Below, piece after piece: positions 27,276-37,150 of a stretch of 64,000 nt of DNA. The DNA lies in contig OY970292.1 of NCBI GenBank assembly GCA_963716145.1, positions 405,171-469,170 of the forward strand, written 5' to 3'. Each line of letters starts with the position of its first letter. Position 1 is the first letter of the stretch. The position numbers and the translations under genes are program-made. The stretch is from Candidatus Levyibacteriota bacterium. GTDB lineage: Bacteria > Patescibacteriota > Microgenomatia > Levybacterales > UBA12049. The notes under the pieces are model-generated. The model did not search any database. It had not been told where the DNA came from and was given only the letters and a program-made list of their open reading frames with translations.

Positions 27276-28715
27276 TCATACGCTGGGTAAATTTTCTACC
27301 GAGGTTTTCAGTTTATATTGCCAGTTGCGATCCCCCACTTCTTTTTCGGTTCCGGGGATATTTATTCGATCAGTAGTCAAAAGCCAATCCTGAATTGAAA
27401 TAATTACGGTTTCTGCTGGCGAGTCGATTATTCCATCGCGAAGATTTTTCGCGAATACTTTCTCAACCGAATTGTACTTCACACCGCATGCACGAGCAAG
27501 TGATTTTCTTTGCTTTGGTGATAAGTTCCGCAGATACACAAGTAGTGTCTCCGTATCATGTGTTGTCGTGTACGCAACGGTCAAGGCAGGATAGTTGCTG
27601 ATCTTTGCGTATTCTTTATTTATCTTTTCCTTTTTTTCATTCAGAGCAAATCGAAGAATTTTAATTCCCGGAGTTTTGAGCTTATTAAGAGAATTCCTCA
27701 GCTCGCTGAGATGCTCCCCGCTATCTTCGGCAAATATTGAGAGTCCCGCTCTCTTTCCATAAAGCATCAACTCCTCAAATACAACATGCCCCGGACCTTT
27801 TATGTACTTATCGTTATTTTCATTTGTTAAATCTATCTCTCCGTAATCAAACAGTCCTTTCGCGTGATCAAAACGAATTGAATCAAAAAGAAGCGACAAA
27901 TAATGCAATCTGCATTTCCAAAAATCAACAACTCTTTTGCTTTGAGTCTTATCCCCCCATTTATAAAGCGGATGTCCCCAAACTTGTCTTCCAAAATGAG
28001 CGGACGGACTATCCGGAATTCCTGAGACATAACGTGTCCTGCCGTCTTTCTCAAACTGAAAAACGCCTTGATTAGCCCAAACAAGCGGGCTCTGCATAGA
28101 GACATAAAACGGTAAATCGCCTATCAGTTTGATTTTTAGTTTTTTCGCTTTGTTTTTTAATTCCTTGTACTCTTTATGCAGATGGTACTGAACTAAGATA
28201 TGTTGGTCAATTTCCTTTTTTAATAAGTTGGAATAACTATCTATTGCGATTTTTTTTCTTTTTCTTAAATCAGGAATCCATTCTCTCCAATCATCAGTTC
28301 CCAAGTGATCGCGAAGCGCGCAAAAAAGCGCGTAATCTCCTATCCACTCCTTGTTTTCATTGACAAACACTTCAATCTCTTTTTTGCTCTTGCGCTCTTG
28401 CGCTCTTGCGCCCACTGATAAATACCTTGGGTCCAGTCCAATTCCATATCCTTTATACGGAGATGGAACATGCCGAGTTGCTGAGCCTTTTTCGAGTTGA
28501 GTCTGATGGAGTGGAAGTAATTGCCAGGCCGATTGATTAGTTTTATGCAGCCAGTCGAGGAAATATAAGCCTGTTTCAAAAATTCCCTGATCTTCTTTCT
28601 TGGATTTTAAACTTGAAAGCGCGGAAACCGGCACAAGCGTACCAATAATTTTCTTTTTTTGAGTCACATAGATAATTATATCATCTATGCAATTAGCGAC
28701 TTTGGGGAGGAACAA
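27276..28715 (-). CDS. malQ: 4-alpha-glucanotransferase (amylomaltase, GH77).
   Basis: WQLLPL, LIGDLPFYVS and RIDHAKGLF motifs. It contains the 26-nt (GCTCTTGC)x3 tract at 28389-28414. Confidence 0.8.
   Translation of the reverse strand: MFLPKVANCIDDIIIYVTQKKKIIGTLVPVSALSSLKSKKEDQGIFETGLYFLDWLHKTNQSAWQLLPLHQTQLEKGSATRHVPSPYKGYGIGLDPRYLSVGARAQERKSKKEIEVFVNENKEWIGDYALFCALRDHLGTDDWREWIPDLRKRKKIAIDSYSNLLKKEIDQHILVQYHLHKEYKELKNKAKKLKIKLIGDLPFYVSMQSPLVWANQGVFQFEKDGRTRYVSGIPDSPSAHFGRQVWGHPLYKWGDKTQSKRVVDFWKCRLHYLSLLFDSIRFDHAKGLFDYGEIDLTNENNDKYIKGPGHVVFEELMLYGKRAGLSIFAEDSGEHLSELRNSLNKLKTPGIKILRFALNEKKEKINKEYAKISNYPALTVAYTTTHDTETLLVYLRNLSPKQRKSLARACGVKYNSVEKVFAKNLRDGIIDSPAETVIISIQDWLLTTDRINIPGTEKEVGDRNWQYKLKTSVENLPSV
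28389..28414. repeat. 26-nt tandem micro-repeat GCTCTTGCGCTCTTGCGCTCTTGCGC inside malQ.
   Basis: Identical to 56899-56924 inside dnaX. Both encode ARAQERKS in the same frame. Confidence 0.75.
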
Positions 28716-29052
28716 TTGCAGATGGTGATCTAGCAGGAACGGAAGAAGTTACATCGGGTGATTGAACTGGCTTAGGATCACCTAGACCACCTGAAGCGTA
28801 CAAAAGCGCTACTGTAACTGCGCTACCTACGCCAACCAGAGCGCGATTTCTTCTCCGGAGAGATCTATCTCTAGCTCTGTCTGCCACAGCTTCATCTCTT
28901 CTTCGTTGCCTCGCCGCTGCTTTATTTCTAGCCTTAGCTTTCTGTATGGCGTCGTGCCTTGCAAGTGGCATATCTAGACTTGGATCCTCTAAACCGAAGT
29001 CTGGGTTTGTTATCCCACCGCTTGTAATTTTATTTAAAAGTTCAGTTCCCAT
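28693..29052 (-). CDS. Hypothetical Arg-rich protein.
   Basis: ORF only. It overlaps the malQ start. Confidence 0.3.
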   Translation of the reverse strand: MGTELLNKITSGGITNPDFGLEDPSLDMPLARHDAIQKAKARNKAAARQRRRDEAVADRARDRSLRRRNRALVGVGSAVTVALLYASGGLGDPKPVQSPDVTSSVPARSPSAIVPPQSR

Positions 29053-29124
29053 AAAAATATTCTCACTAAACGTGACTTATAGTATTTTAGCGCAAAAAAC
29101 TTGATTTGTCAAGGCCTGGACTTA

Positions 29125-29376
29125 TTAATAGCTACCTAAAATCAAAAGTAGCATAATAAATACCGCTGTTACAAGAGATAAACCGATACAGGCCTTTATA
29201 ATTCTTCTTATAAATTGTGGCGAATTAAGGCCAATGTGCCTGGTGGATACATGCAGGGAATGATATAAATAAAGCCAGTTGTAAGATACAAGCATAACTG
29301 CCACTAAAAGATATGCAGCAAGAAGCGCTGTTTTTAATCCGCTTAAATTCGATAAAAATGCGCTCATAACATTCAT
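29125..29376 (-). CDS. Hypothetical small membrane protein.
   Basis: ORF with two or three hydrophobic helices. Confidence 0.4.
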   Translation of the reverse strand: MNVMSAFLSNLSGLKTALLAAYLLVAVMLVSYNWLYLYHSLHVSTRHIGLNSPQFIRRIIKACIGLSLVTAVFIMLLLILGSY

Positions 29377-29975
29377 ACTGCTGGTTTTACCACTAATCCT
29401 GCTCTTCCTTTAAGCCATATCGTTTCTTCTGCTTTTTTCCTGCCCGAATCCATCAATTTCTGAGTCAACAATCTATCAATCTCATCACAGTTCTTCACAT
29501 CTCTTAGCACGAATTCCTCCTGATGTGTTGGCCGGTCAAAGGTGATTGTTAAACTTCCCATATCAATAAGTTCATGGAAAAATCCTTTTGAGCTTAAATC
29601 AATCTCCGTACAGTTCACTTTATCCAAAAACACATCGTTGATTATGTGGTTGGAAAGGGGTGTGTACCACACCTCAAGAATTTTTCTACTAGTGAGTACG
29701 TATAGATGGAAGTACCAATATACTATCGCATAAGCAACAGCACTCATTGAAACACTCAAAATCAGTAAAAATGTGACTAAGAAAAGTGGAAATGAATGAA
29801 CGTAATAATTAAAGAAGAAAAATGCCGAAACTGAAAAAATCGAAGCTATAATTGTGATCAGAAATATTGGGGATAATAAAATAAAGATATGGCGGCGTTT
29901 TACCAAAAATAACTCTTCGTCTTCAAGATTTATGAAGCTTCCCCAATCCCCTTTTATTACCATTCCGTCATTCAC
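29373..29975 (-). CDS. Hypothetical membrane protein, possibly with a bacterial PH-like domain.
   Basis: ORF with transmembrane helices. Its start overlaps the downstream ORF by 4 nt. Confidence 0.4.
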   Translation of the reverse strand: MNDGMVIKGDWGSFINLEDEELFLVKRRHIFILLSPIFLITIIASIFSVSAFFFFNYYVHSFPLFLVTFLLILSVSMSAVAYAIVYWYFHLYVLTSRKILEVWYTPLSNHIINDVFLDKVNCTEIDLSSKGFFHELIDMGSLTITFDRPTHQEEFVLRDVKNCDEIDRLLTQKLMDSGRKKAEETIWLKGRAGLVVKPAV

Positions 29976-30195
29976 GTTCCTGCCTCCTCTCAGCTTTAGA
30001 TAAATTCGGTGAGCTAATTAGGGATTGATTAGTTCACCCATATTGTACACCTACTATATATAGTGTCAAGAGGATCAAATATAACTAAATGTATAGAAAC
30101 AGTTCAGTTTTTAGATTTTTTTCTAAACCGAGAATTCCTATAGTAACTACCGCCAGAATCTGTTAAAATCAGGCCCTGCTCAAGAAAATTATATA

Positions 30196-30957
30196 ATGAG
30201 ACCAAACATTAGAGAAAACGGATCGCATTTCCATATTCCGGAAATGCCCGAGAAAGAACATCTCCCTCAATTGGTTAGATTATTCAACGCCTCAGGTCAA
30301 CATAGGGTTGTTGAATTAAGACGCGAGCTAAATAAAGCTTTGGATGAAAGAAACCTAAGAAAGAAGGATTGTGATTATGTTATTCAAATGACCGCCCTAG
30401 CCTATTGGTTACATAGAAAAAAAATCAGGATTACTACAGGCGATCCCTACATTGTTCACCCGCTGGAAGTTGCTATACACATGGCAAAAGATGAATTCAT
30501 ACCCAAAAATCTTCTCCCCCGAGCAATTGCGGGGGCTGTATTGCATGACACTGAGGAAAATAATACTCATGTAACGCACGAAAAACTTGCAGCAGTTGCA
30601 GGTAAGGCAGTTGCCAACGATGTAGAAGTATACAGCCGCAAAAGCGCCAATGATATAGCTGTGAGATGGGATACTAGCTTAAGCGAAGAGGAATATCTGA
30701 AACGAATTTTACAAGCGCTTCCCCATGTTAAGCGCGGCAAGGTGAGAGACCGGATTAATAATATGAGCACCATGCCTGAAGGTGCAAAAAAGATGTATAA
30801 CAAATATTTCCGGGAAGACAGAGAGGCCTTCATTGCAATAATAAGAAGCCTGGGCATTAATGGTCAAAATCTGTATAGAGACTATAAAAAAGTTCATGAC
30901 GCAAATAAGCCAGCAGATGTTGAAGAATTACCAACGTTTGAAGAAATGGCTGCATAG
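30196..30957 (+). CDS. HD-domain protein (RelA/SpoT-type hydrolase-like).
   Basis: IVHPLEVAI ... LHDTEEN, an HD motif arrangement. Confidence 0.55.
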   Translation: MRPNIRENGSHFHIPEMPEKEHLPQLVRLFNASGQHRVVELRRELNKALDERNLRKKDCDYVIQMTALAYWLHRKKIRITTGDPYIVHPLEVAIHMAKDEFIPKNLLPRAIAGAVLHDTEENNTHVTHEKLAAVAGKAVANDVEVYSRKSANDIAVRWDTSLSEEEYLKRILQALPHVKRGKVRDRINNMSTMPEGAKKMYNKYFREDREAFIAIIRSLGINGQNLYRDYKKVHDANKPADVEELPTFEEMAA

Positions 30958-30996
30958 AAAATCCTTACTCAATCTGCTACACTGGATTTACTGCCA

Positions 30997-32274
30997 ATGG
31001 GATATATTAAAAACTACGATAAGCTTGCCACCAACGAAGACCGCAAAATTGTTCTGGAACTCATAGAATCAGCTTTTGCCGCGATTCAGCCGGAAGTTGT
31101 ATTCAACAACCACTTTTCTATTCAAGACAAGATATTGAAAATTCAGGACAAAACTTTTGATCTCACCAATTTTGAGCGGATATTTCTCATCGGATTTGGC
31201 AAAGGTTCAGCACTGATGTGTAAAATCCTTGAAGAAAAGATGGGAGACGTACTTACGGATGGCTATGTAATTGATGTTGTTGAGCAAAGTTTTAATAAAC
31301 TTAAGTCCACGCTTGGCACTCACCCCCTTCCCTCTCAGGCAAATTTTGATTTCACCCAAAACATAATTGATGAATTTAACAATTTAACAGAAAAGGATCT
31401 GGTAATCATAACAACCTGCGGCGGGGGCTCTGTATTATTTGAAAAACCCAACACATTTGATCTCAACAAAATGATTGAGGTCAATAAAACACTTCTTAAA
31501 TCAGGGGCTACAATTTCTGAGATAAATTCAATCCGCAAACATCTTTCGCGCGTGAAAGGCGGTGGATTGGCAAAAATACTTTATCCCGCCTCGGTTGTAA
31601 ATCTCATCTTTTCAGATGTTCCGGGAAATGATTTGTCTGTTATTGCATCAGCCCCACTTGTCAAAGATCAAACAACTACTGATGACGCATGGAGTATTTA
31701 TGAAAAATACAAAATGAGCCAAACCCTGCACCTAACTATTGAGGATTTTACTGAAACACCGAAAGAAGATAAATATTTTGAAAAAGTACACAATATTCTG
31801 ATGCTCAGTAATCACACGGCCTTAATTGCTATGGAGAAAAAGGCTCGGGAGCTGGGGAAAAACGTATTTGTTTTGACAGATGCCCTGCAAGGCGATGCCC
31901 GCGAAATGGGAAAAAAATTGATCGAGCAAACTCCAGCCGGGCAAATACTTTTGGCGGCGGGTGAAACAACGATCAAGATAACAGGAAGCGGCAAAGGGGG
32001 ACGTAATCAGGCACTTGTGCTCTGCTCTCTTCCATATGTTAAAGAAGGAACAACTATCGCGACTTTTGACTCAGATGGTTGGGATTTCTATGAATTGGCC
32101 GGCGCAATTGCCGATTCCGATACTCTTAAAAAGGTTGATGATTTAGGTCTTGACGTAAAATCATTTTTAAACGAAGATAATAGTTATGGATTCTTTGAAA
32201 AAAGCGGGGATGGTATCCTAACAGGAAAGCTCGAATCAAATGTTTCTGATTTATTCATAGTTTTCAAAGCCTAA
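30997..32274 (+). CDS. Glycerate 2-kinase (MOFRL family).
   Basis: LAAGETTIKITGSGKGGRNQALVL matches the MOFRL signature. DUF4147-like N-terminal domain. Confidence 0.75.
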   Translation: MGYIKNYDKLATNEDRKIVLELIESAFAAIQPEVVFNNHFSIQDKILKIQDKTFDLTNFERIFLIGFGKGSALMCKILEEKMGDVLTDGYVIDVVEQSFNKLKSTLGTHPLPSQANFDFTQNIIDEFNNLTEKDLVIITTCGGGSVLFEKPNTFDLNKMIEVNKTLLKSGATISEINSIRKHLSRVKGGGLAKILYPASVVNLIFSDVPGNDLSVIASAPLVKDQTTTDDAWSIYEKYKMSQTLHLTIEDFTETPKEDKYFEKVHNILMLSNHTALIAMEKKARELGKNVFVLTDALQGDAREMGKKLIEQTPAGQILLAAGETTIKITGSGKGGRNQALVLCSLPYVKEGTTIATFDSDGWDFYELAGAIADSDTLKKVDDLGLDVKSFLNEDNSYGFFEKSGDGILTGKLESNVSDLFIVFKA

Positions 32275-32343
32275 CTCAAAATGCAAAAGTCAAAGCTCAA
32301 AAGTGCAATTCAAAATTAAAAAGTATAACAAACTTTTGCCTTT

Positions 32344-33249
32344 ATGATTGATCAATTAACGGATTCTAAATTAAAAGAGCTAAAACTGAAAGCCAATCAG
32401 GCAAGAAAGCTCCTTATTGAAGAGCTTGAAGCTGCCTGTAAAAATTCCGGAGCAGGCCACACAGGAGGACCTCTGGGAATGACTGATATTTTTACGGCTT
32501 TATATTTTTATATTATGAAGCATGATCCCAAAAATCCTGACTGGGAAGAGCGGGATAGGCTAATACTCTCAAACGGTCACATCTGCCCTATCCGCTACGT
32601 AAGCATGAGCCAAGCAGGTTATTTTCCTGTTGAGGAATTGAAAACTTTGAGAAAAATCGGAACAAGGTTACAGGGACATCCGCATAGAACTGCGCTCCCC
32701 GGTGTTGAGAATACATCAGGACCGCTGGGCGAAGGACTATCCCAGGCTGCAGGGATTGCCTTGGCAGGCAGACTTGATAAAAAAGATTATAAAATATATT
32801 GCCTGACATCCGATGGCGAACACCAGGAAGGAAATATCTGGGAGGCTGCTCTTTTTGCTGCGAAAATGAAGCTAAATAATTTAATTCAGGTGATTGATTA
32901 CAATAACATACAGATTGATGGACCGGTTGCAGACATAATGCCGCTTGAGCCATTCCGCGCGAAATATGAGGCTTTTAATTGGCACACGATTGATGTTGAC
33001 GGAAATGACATAAAAGCATTTATTGAGGCTGTAAAGGAGGCGCAAAGCGTGAAAGACAAACCTGTGATCATCATCGCCCATACAGTTCCGGGAAAAGGTG
33101 TAAGCTATATGGAAAACAATTACAAATGGCACGGAATGCCGCCTGGCCTTAAGGATGTTGAAGGCGCCCCGCCAAAAGATCAGCAAGTCAAAGTTGCTCT
33201 GGACGAAATAGAGGCTGAGAAAACTAGAATTATGAATCAGGAATTATGA
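32344..33249 (+). CDS. Transketolase, N-terminal (TPP-binding) subunit.
   Basis: GHTGGPLGMTDIFTALYF ... LSNGH ... GPLGEGLSQAAGIA. Confidence 0.85.
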   Translation: MIDQLTDSKLKELKLKANQARKLLIEELEAACKNSGAGHTGGPLGMTDIFTALYFYIMKHDPKNPDWEERDRLILSNGHICPIRYVSMSQAGYFPVEELKTLRKIGTRLQGHPHRTALPGVENTSGPLGEGLSQAAGIALAGRLDKKDYKIYCLTSDGEHQEGNIWEAALFAAKMKLNNLIQVIDYNNIQIDGPVADIMPLEPFRAKYEAFNWHTIDVDGNDIKAFIEAVKEAQSVKDKPVIIIAHTVPGKGVSYMENNYKWHGMPPGLKDVEGAPPKDQQVKVALDEIEAEKTRIMNQEL

Positions 33250-33414
33250 ATTAAGGTATTGCGATTGAGAAGAGCGAGTAATGATTTTTTCGCAAGGACG
33301 AATGGTAATTATAATTACAAAACCAAAATAAGGTACTCACAAACGGTCAAAACAACTTGAATATTTATAGTTAGGCGGGTTCAAGAAAAAATTATTACGA
33401 GATCTAAAAAACAT

Positions 33415-34406
33415 ATGCTTAATCCAAATTTGAAACTAAATCCGAAAATATTTGATGAGGATGTTGAGAAAGATGCTACACGCATTGGATACGGCAAAGG
33501 ACTTCTCAAACTGGGTCAGGAAAACCCAAATGTTGTCGCGCTTTGCGCTGATTTAACAGAATCAACAAATGCACATCTTTTTGCCAAAGAATTTCCTGAT
33601 AGATTTTTTGAGATGGGAGTTGCGGAGCAAAATATGGCAGCAGTTGCCGCAGGACTTGGCGTCACTGGCAAAGTCGCATTCATCTCCTCATACGCCACCT
33701 TCTCCCCCGGTAAAAATTGGGAAACAATCAGAACAACTATTGTCTATAACCAATCAAATGTTAAAATCGCGGGGCACCACGCCGGAATCATGACAGGACC
33801 GGACGGTGCAACGCATCAAGCAACTGAGGATATCGCGATAACCCGCTGCTGGCCTGATATTGAGATTTTTGTTCCATGTGACGCGATTGAAGCTGAAAAA
33901 GCAACGATTGCGGCAGGCCGCACCACAATGCCTGCGTATCTACGCTTCTCAAGAGACAAAACTCCCTTCATGACGACTGCCCAAACACCCTTCGTCCCCG
34001 GCAAGATGCAGAATTTTTGGGTGAGTGAAAATCCGCAAGCTACAATTTTTGCAATGGGCTATATGGTTCACTATGCACTGGTTGCGGCCCGGGAACTGGA
34101 AGAAGAAGGAACCAAGTAACAGTTGTAAATGTTTCAACAATAAAACCACTCGACGTTGAAGGAATTCTAAATTTTACCAACCAAACAGGTGCGGTTGTTA
34201 CGGTTGAGGATCACCAGGTAATGGGCGGCATGGGCTCAGCGATTGCTGAAGCACTAGCGAAAACAAATCCCCTGCCCATGGAGTTTATCGGTCTTCAGGA
34301 CAGATTTGGTGAAACAGGAAATCCAAAAGATTTAGTTGAAAAGTTGGGAATGGGAACAAAGGACATAAAAGCTGCTGTAAAACGTGTAATTGGTAGAAAG
34401 AAATAG
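33415..34406 (+). CDS. Transketolase, C-terminal subunit, with a probable frameshift near 34116.
   Basis: Track ORF 33415..34119 ends ...ELEEEGTK*. The +2 frame continues VTVVNVSTIKPLDVEG...HQVMGGMGSAIAE (ORF 34221..34406). Changing AAGTAA to AAGGTAA restores EEGTKVTVVN. Confidence 0.8.
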
Positions 34407-34509
34407 TTCCAGAACACTCGGAAAACTCCGATTATCAGTAATTTCAGGCCGTCTGAAAACCTGAAAGTCAGAATATCTGGATTCCTGAGTATTCTGAGTA
34501 TTCTGAGAT
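34407..34509. repeat. R3-family MITE-like element, copy a, with terminal inverted repeats TCAGAACACTC / GAGTATTCTGA.
   Basis: It shares the 20-mer CAGAACACTCGGAAAACTC and the inverted 3' end with 58067-58180. It ends 2 nt before the ATG of the FAD oxidase gene. Confidence 0.7.
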
Positions 34510-36162
34510 ATGAATGAACAATTATTAGACGAACTAAAACAAATAATCACCGGTGATGTTGCGATTGACGATGAAACGCTCAATAAATACTCCCATGACG
34601 CGAGTATTTTTGAGATTAAACCTCAAGTAGTTGTATTCCCTAAAGACGATGAGGATGTACAAAATCTGGTAAAGTTTGTAATAAGGCACAAGCTCCACAA
34701 TCCGGAACTAAATCTTACTGCCCGAGCCGCAAGCACCTGTATGTCGGGAGGAGGACTAAATACTTCAATAGTTGTCGCTTTTCAGAAGTACTTTAATCAC
34801 AAACCAAAAGTTTCAGGACGCAGCGCAACAACTCAACCCGGAGTTTTTTATCGCGACTTTGAAAAAGAGACACTGAAACACGGACTTCTTTTCCCCTCCT
34901 ACCCATCTTCGCGTGAAATATGCGCGATGGGAGGAATTGTAAACAATAATTCTGGCGGTGAAAAATCGCTTGAATATGGAAAAACTGAGGATTATGTAAC
35001 AGAGCTCAAGATGGTTCTGGCTGATGGAAATGAGTATATTATCAGCTCCCTGACTGAGAAAGCGCTGCATGCAAAGATGGCGCAGAATGATTTTGAAGGC
35101 GAAATGTACAAAAAAATATATAAATTAATTACCGATAACTATGAATTAATCATGAGCGCCAAACCGGATGTCTCCAAGAATTCCGCAGGATATTATCTAT
35201 GGAACGTTTATGACAAAGACAAAAAAACATTTGATCTCTGCAAATTATTTGTCGGGGCTCAAGGGACGCTTGGGCTTATGACACAAGCAAAAATAAAATT
35301 AGTCCCGACAAAAAAACACACCGAGATGATGATAATTAATATGCATGATTTTAATCACCTTGCTGAATTGGTAAATATTATTCTGCCCCTCAAGCCCGAA
35401 AGCATTGAAGCATATGATGACAAGACTCTCAAGCTAGCGCTCAAATTTTTTCCTGAATTTTCCAAAAAACTTGGCACCAGGAGCGTTTTGACAACAGCTC
35501 TTAAATTTTTGCCTGAGTTGATTCTTTATAAAGAACACAAATTGCCAAAGCTTGTCATGCAGATAGAATTTGCCGATAATCATCTGAGCAACCTTAAAAA
35601 AAGAATTGAAGAGCTGACCCAAAAACTACAAAATCTTCATCCTGAGACAAAAATTGCGATTGATGCGGAAGAGAAAAAATATTGGGAGATAAGAAGGGAC
35701 AGTTTTGGACTTTTACGGGGCCATGTAAAAGACATGTATTCCTCCCCTTTTATTGATGACATTGTTGTAAAACCTGAATATTTACCCGAATTTCTGCCCC
35801 AATTTAATGCAATTCTTGATAAATACCCTTCAGTAATTGGAACTTTTGCGGGGCATGTTGGGAACGGAAATTTCCACTTTATTCCTCTTGTCAGATTGAC
35901 TGATCCCAAAGAGCAGCATCTTATTCCCAAAATTTGTCAGGAAGTATTTACACTCGTGACAAAATACAAAGGATCAACCAGCGGCGAACACAATGACGGT
36001 TGGATCAGGACTCCCTATCTTCATCTACAATATAGCAAAGAGGTCTTAAAACTTTTTGAGGAGACCAAAAAAATCTTCGACCCACATGGGATTTTCAATC
36101 CTCACAAAAAAGTAGATGGAGATTTGGAATTTGCAATGAAGCACGTGAGAATGAGTTGGTAA
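34510..36162 (+). CDS. FAD-linked oxidase (GlcD / D-lactate dehydrogenase-like).
   Basis: FAD_binding_4 N-terminal region and an FAD-oxidase C-terminal domain, 550 aa. Confidence 0.75.
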   Translation: MNEQLLDELKQIITGDVAIDDETLNKYSHDASIFEIKPQVVVFPKDDEDVQNLVKFVIRHKLHNPELNLTARAASTCMSGGGLNTSIVVAFQKYFNHKPKVSGRSATTQPGVFYRDFEKETLKHGLLFPSYPSSREICAMGGIVNNNSGGEKSLEYGKTEDYVTELKMVLADGNEYIISSLTEKALHAKMAQNDFEGEMYKKIYKLITDNYELIMSAKPDVSKNSAGYYLWNVYDKDKKTFDLCKLFVGAQGTLGLMTQAKIKLVPTKKHTEMMIINMHDFNHLAELVNIILPLKPESIEAYDDKTLKLALKFFPEFSKKLGTRSVLTTALKFLPELILYKEHKLPKLVMQIEFADNHLSNLKKRIEELTQKLQNLHPETKIAIDAEEKKYWEIRRDSFGLLRGHVKDMYSSPFIDDIVVKPEYLPEFLPQFNAILDKYPSVIGTFAGHVGNGNFHFIPLVRLTDPKEQHLIPKICQEVFTLVTKYKGSTSGEHNDGWIRTPYLHLQYSKEVLKLFEETKKIFDPHGIFNPHKKVDGDLEFAMKHVRMSW

Positions 36163-36179
36163 ATCAAACCATTAAGGTC

Positions 36180-36578
36180 CTATTCGCTCTTATTTATGTT
36201 ATCTTTCAATCGGGATAACACGCGTCTTAATGATTCTCTCTTGGGTTTTGAACCTCGATCAAAAAGTATTTTTGAGGCCCTATCTACCACTTCTGAATCT
36301 ACTCTTCTCTGCCTCAGTATCGGTTGCGCTGCGGAAGATTTACCGATATTAGTCACTTCTTCTTTCTCAGCAATCCCCCTTAGTTCTGCTAAAACTCTTT
36401 TAGCGTCTAGTTTAACTTTTTCTCCCTCTCTTGCGGCCACTGCCTTAGTCGCATCACGTACTTGATGGACGAGGTTATGTACTCGCGGTCGGCCCGGCGA
36501 ATGAGGGTTAACTTCAAAATCCGCCCTTTTAAGGGCATAAACTATATGGAGCATTCTTCGCTCTGCTGAATTATGCAT
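36180..36578 (-). CDS. Hypothetical basic protein. Its GC is higher than the surroundings.
   Basis: ORF only. Atypical composition. Confidence 0.35.
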   Translation of the reverse strand: MHNSAERRMLHIVYALKRADFEVNPHSPGRPRVHNLVHQVRDATKAVAAREGEKVKLDAKRVLAELRGIAEKEEVTNIGKSSAAQPILRQRRVDSEVVDRASKILFDRGSKPKRESLRRVLSRLKDNINKSE

Positions 36579-36623
36579 TGCTGTATTATAGGACTAATAT
36601 TAGCAAAAGTCAAATCTGGGTAG

Positions 36624-37088
36624 TTAAAGAAGCTTTTGGAGAATTAGCTTTGTATTTTCGTGAATAGGAAGTTTAAAGGCTTCTTCTTTTGTGAACCAAC
36701 CGATATCATGCGATTCGCGGGAACTATTACGAAGCTCCTGTTCATCAACCTCCAAAACATAATTTATATCAAGATGAAAATGCTCAGGTTCCCCGGTTCT
36801 TTCCGAAATCAAAAATTGCGTAAAAAACTCAGGAATCGGCAAGAATACACCAATATCATCTATTCTTTTTATGCTTTTTGCAAAAAATTCGATGTCCAAA
36901 CCTGTCTCTTCTTTCACTTCCCGTATCGCGGTCTCTATAGGATTTTCAAACATTTCAACATGCCCTCCGGGCTGAACCCACTTCTCAAATTTTTTGTGAT
37001 GGATCAGAACAACTTTTTTCGGAGTTGTTTTTGTTAAAATCCAAACAGACGACGTGAAATGCTTTTCCCCCTTAACAATATTTCTCAT
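36624..37088 (-). CDS. NUDIX hydrolase.
   Basis: Nudix box GGHVEMFENPIETAIREVKEETGL. Confidence 0.85.
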   Translation of the reverse strand: MRNIVKGEKHFTSSVWILTKTTPKKVVLIHHKKFEKWVQPGGHVEMFENPIETAIREVKEETGLDIEFFAKSIKRIDDIGVFLPIPEFFTQFLISERTGEPEHFHLDINYVLEVDEQELRNSSRESHDIGWFTKEEAFKLPIHENTKLILQKLL

Positions 37089-37150
37089 ACAGCCATTATA
37101 CTAAATTTTGTATTGCTTTTTATTTCTAAAATGAGTAATATTAAATAGAT

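Noticed and set aside
28385-28415. CRISPR array or other long tandem arrays
   Set aside because: Only three 8-nt units are present, with no spacer structure and no cas genes. The dispersed elements (R1, R2, R3) are not arranged as repeat-spacer arrays.
33238-33252. The shared 15-mer GAATTATGAATTAAG at 33238 and 46822 as another repeat family
   Set aside because: About two chance 15-mer matches are expected in 64 kb of AT-rich DNA. One copy is simply the end of the transketolase N-subunit coding sequence (IMNQEL*).
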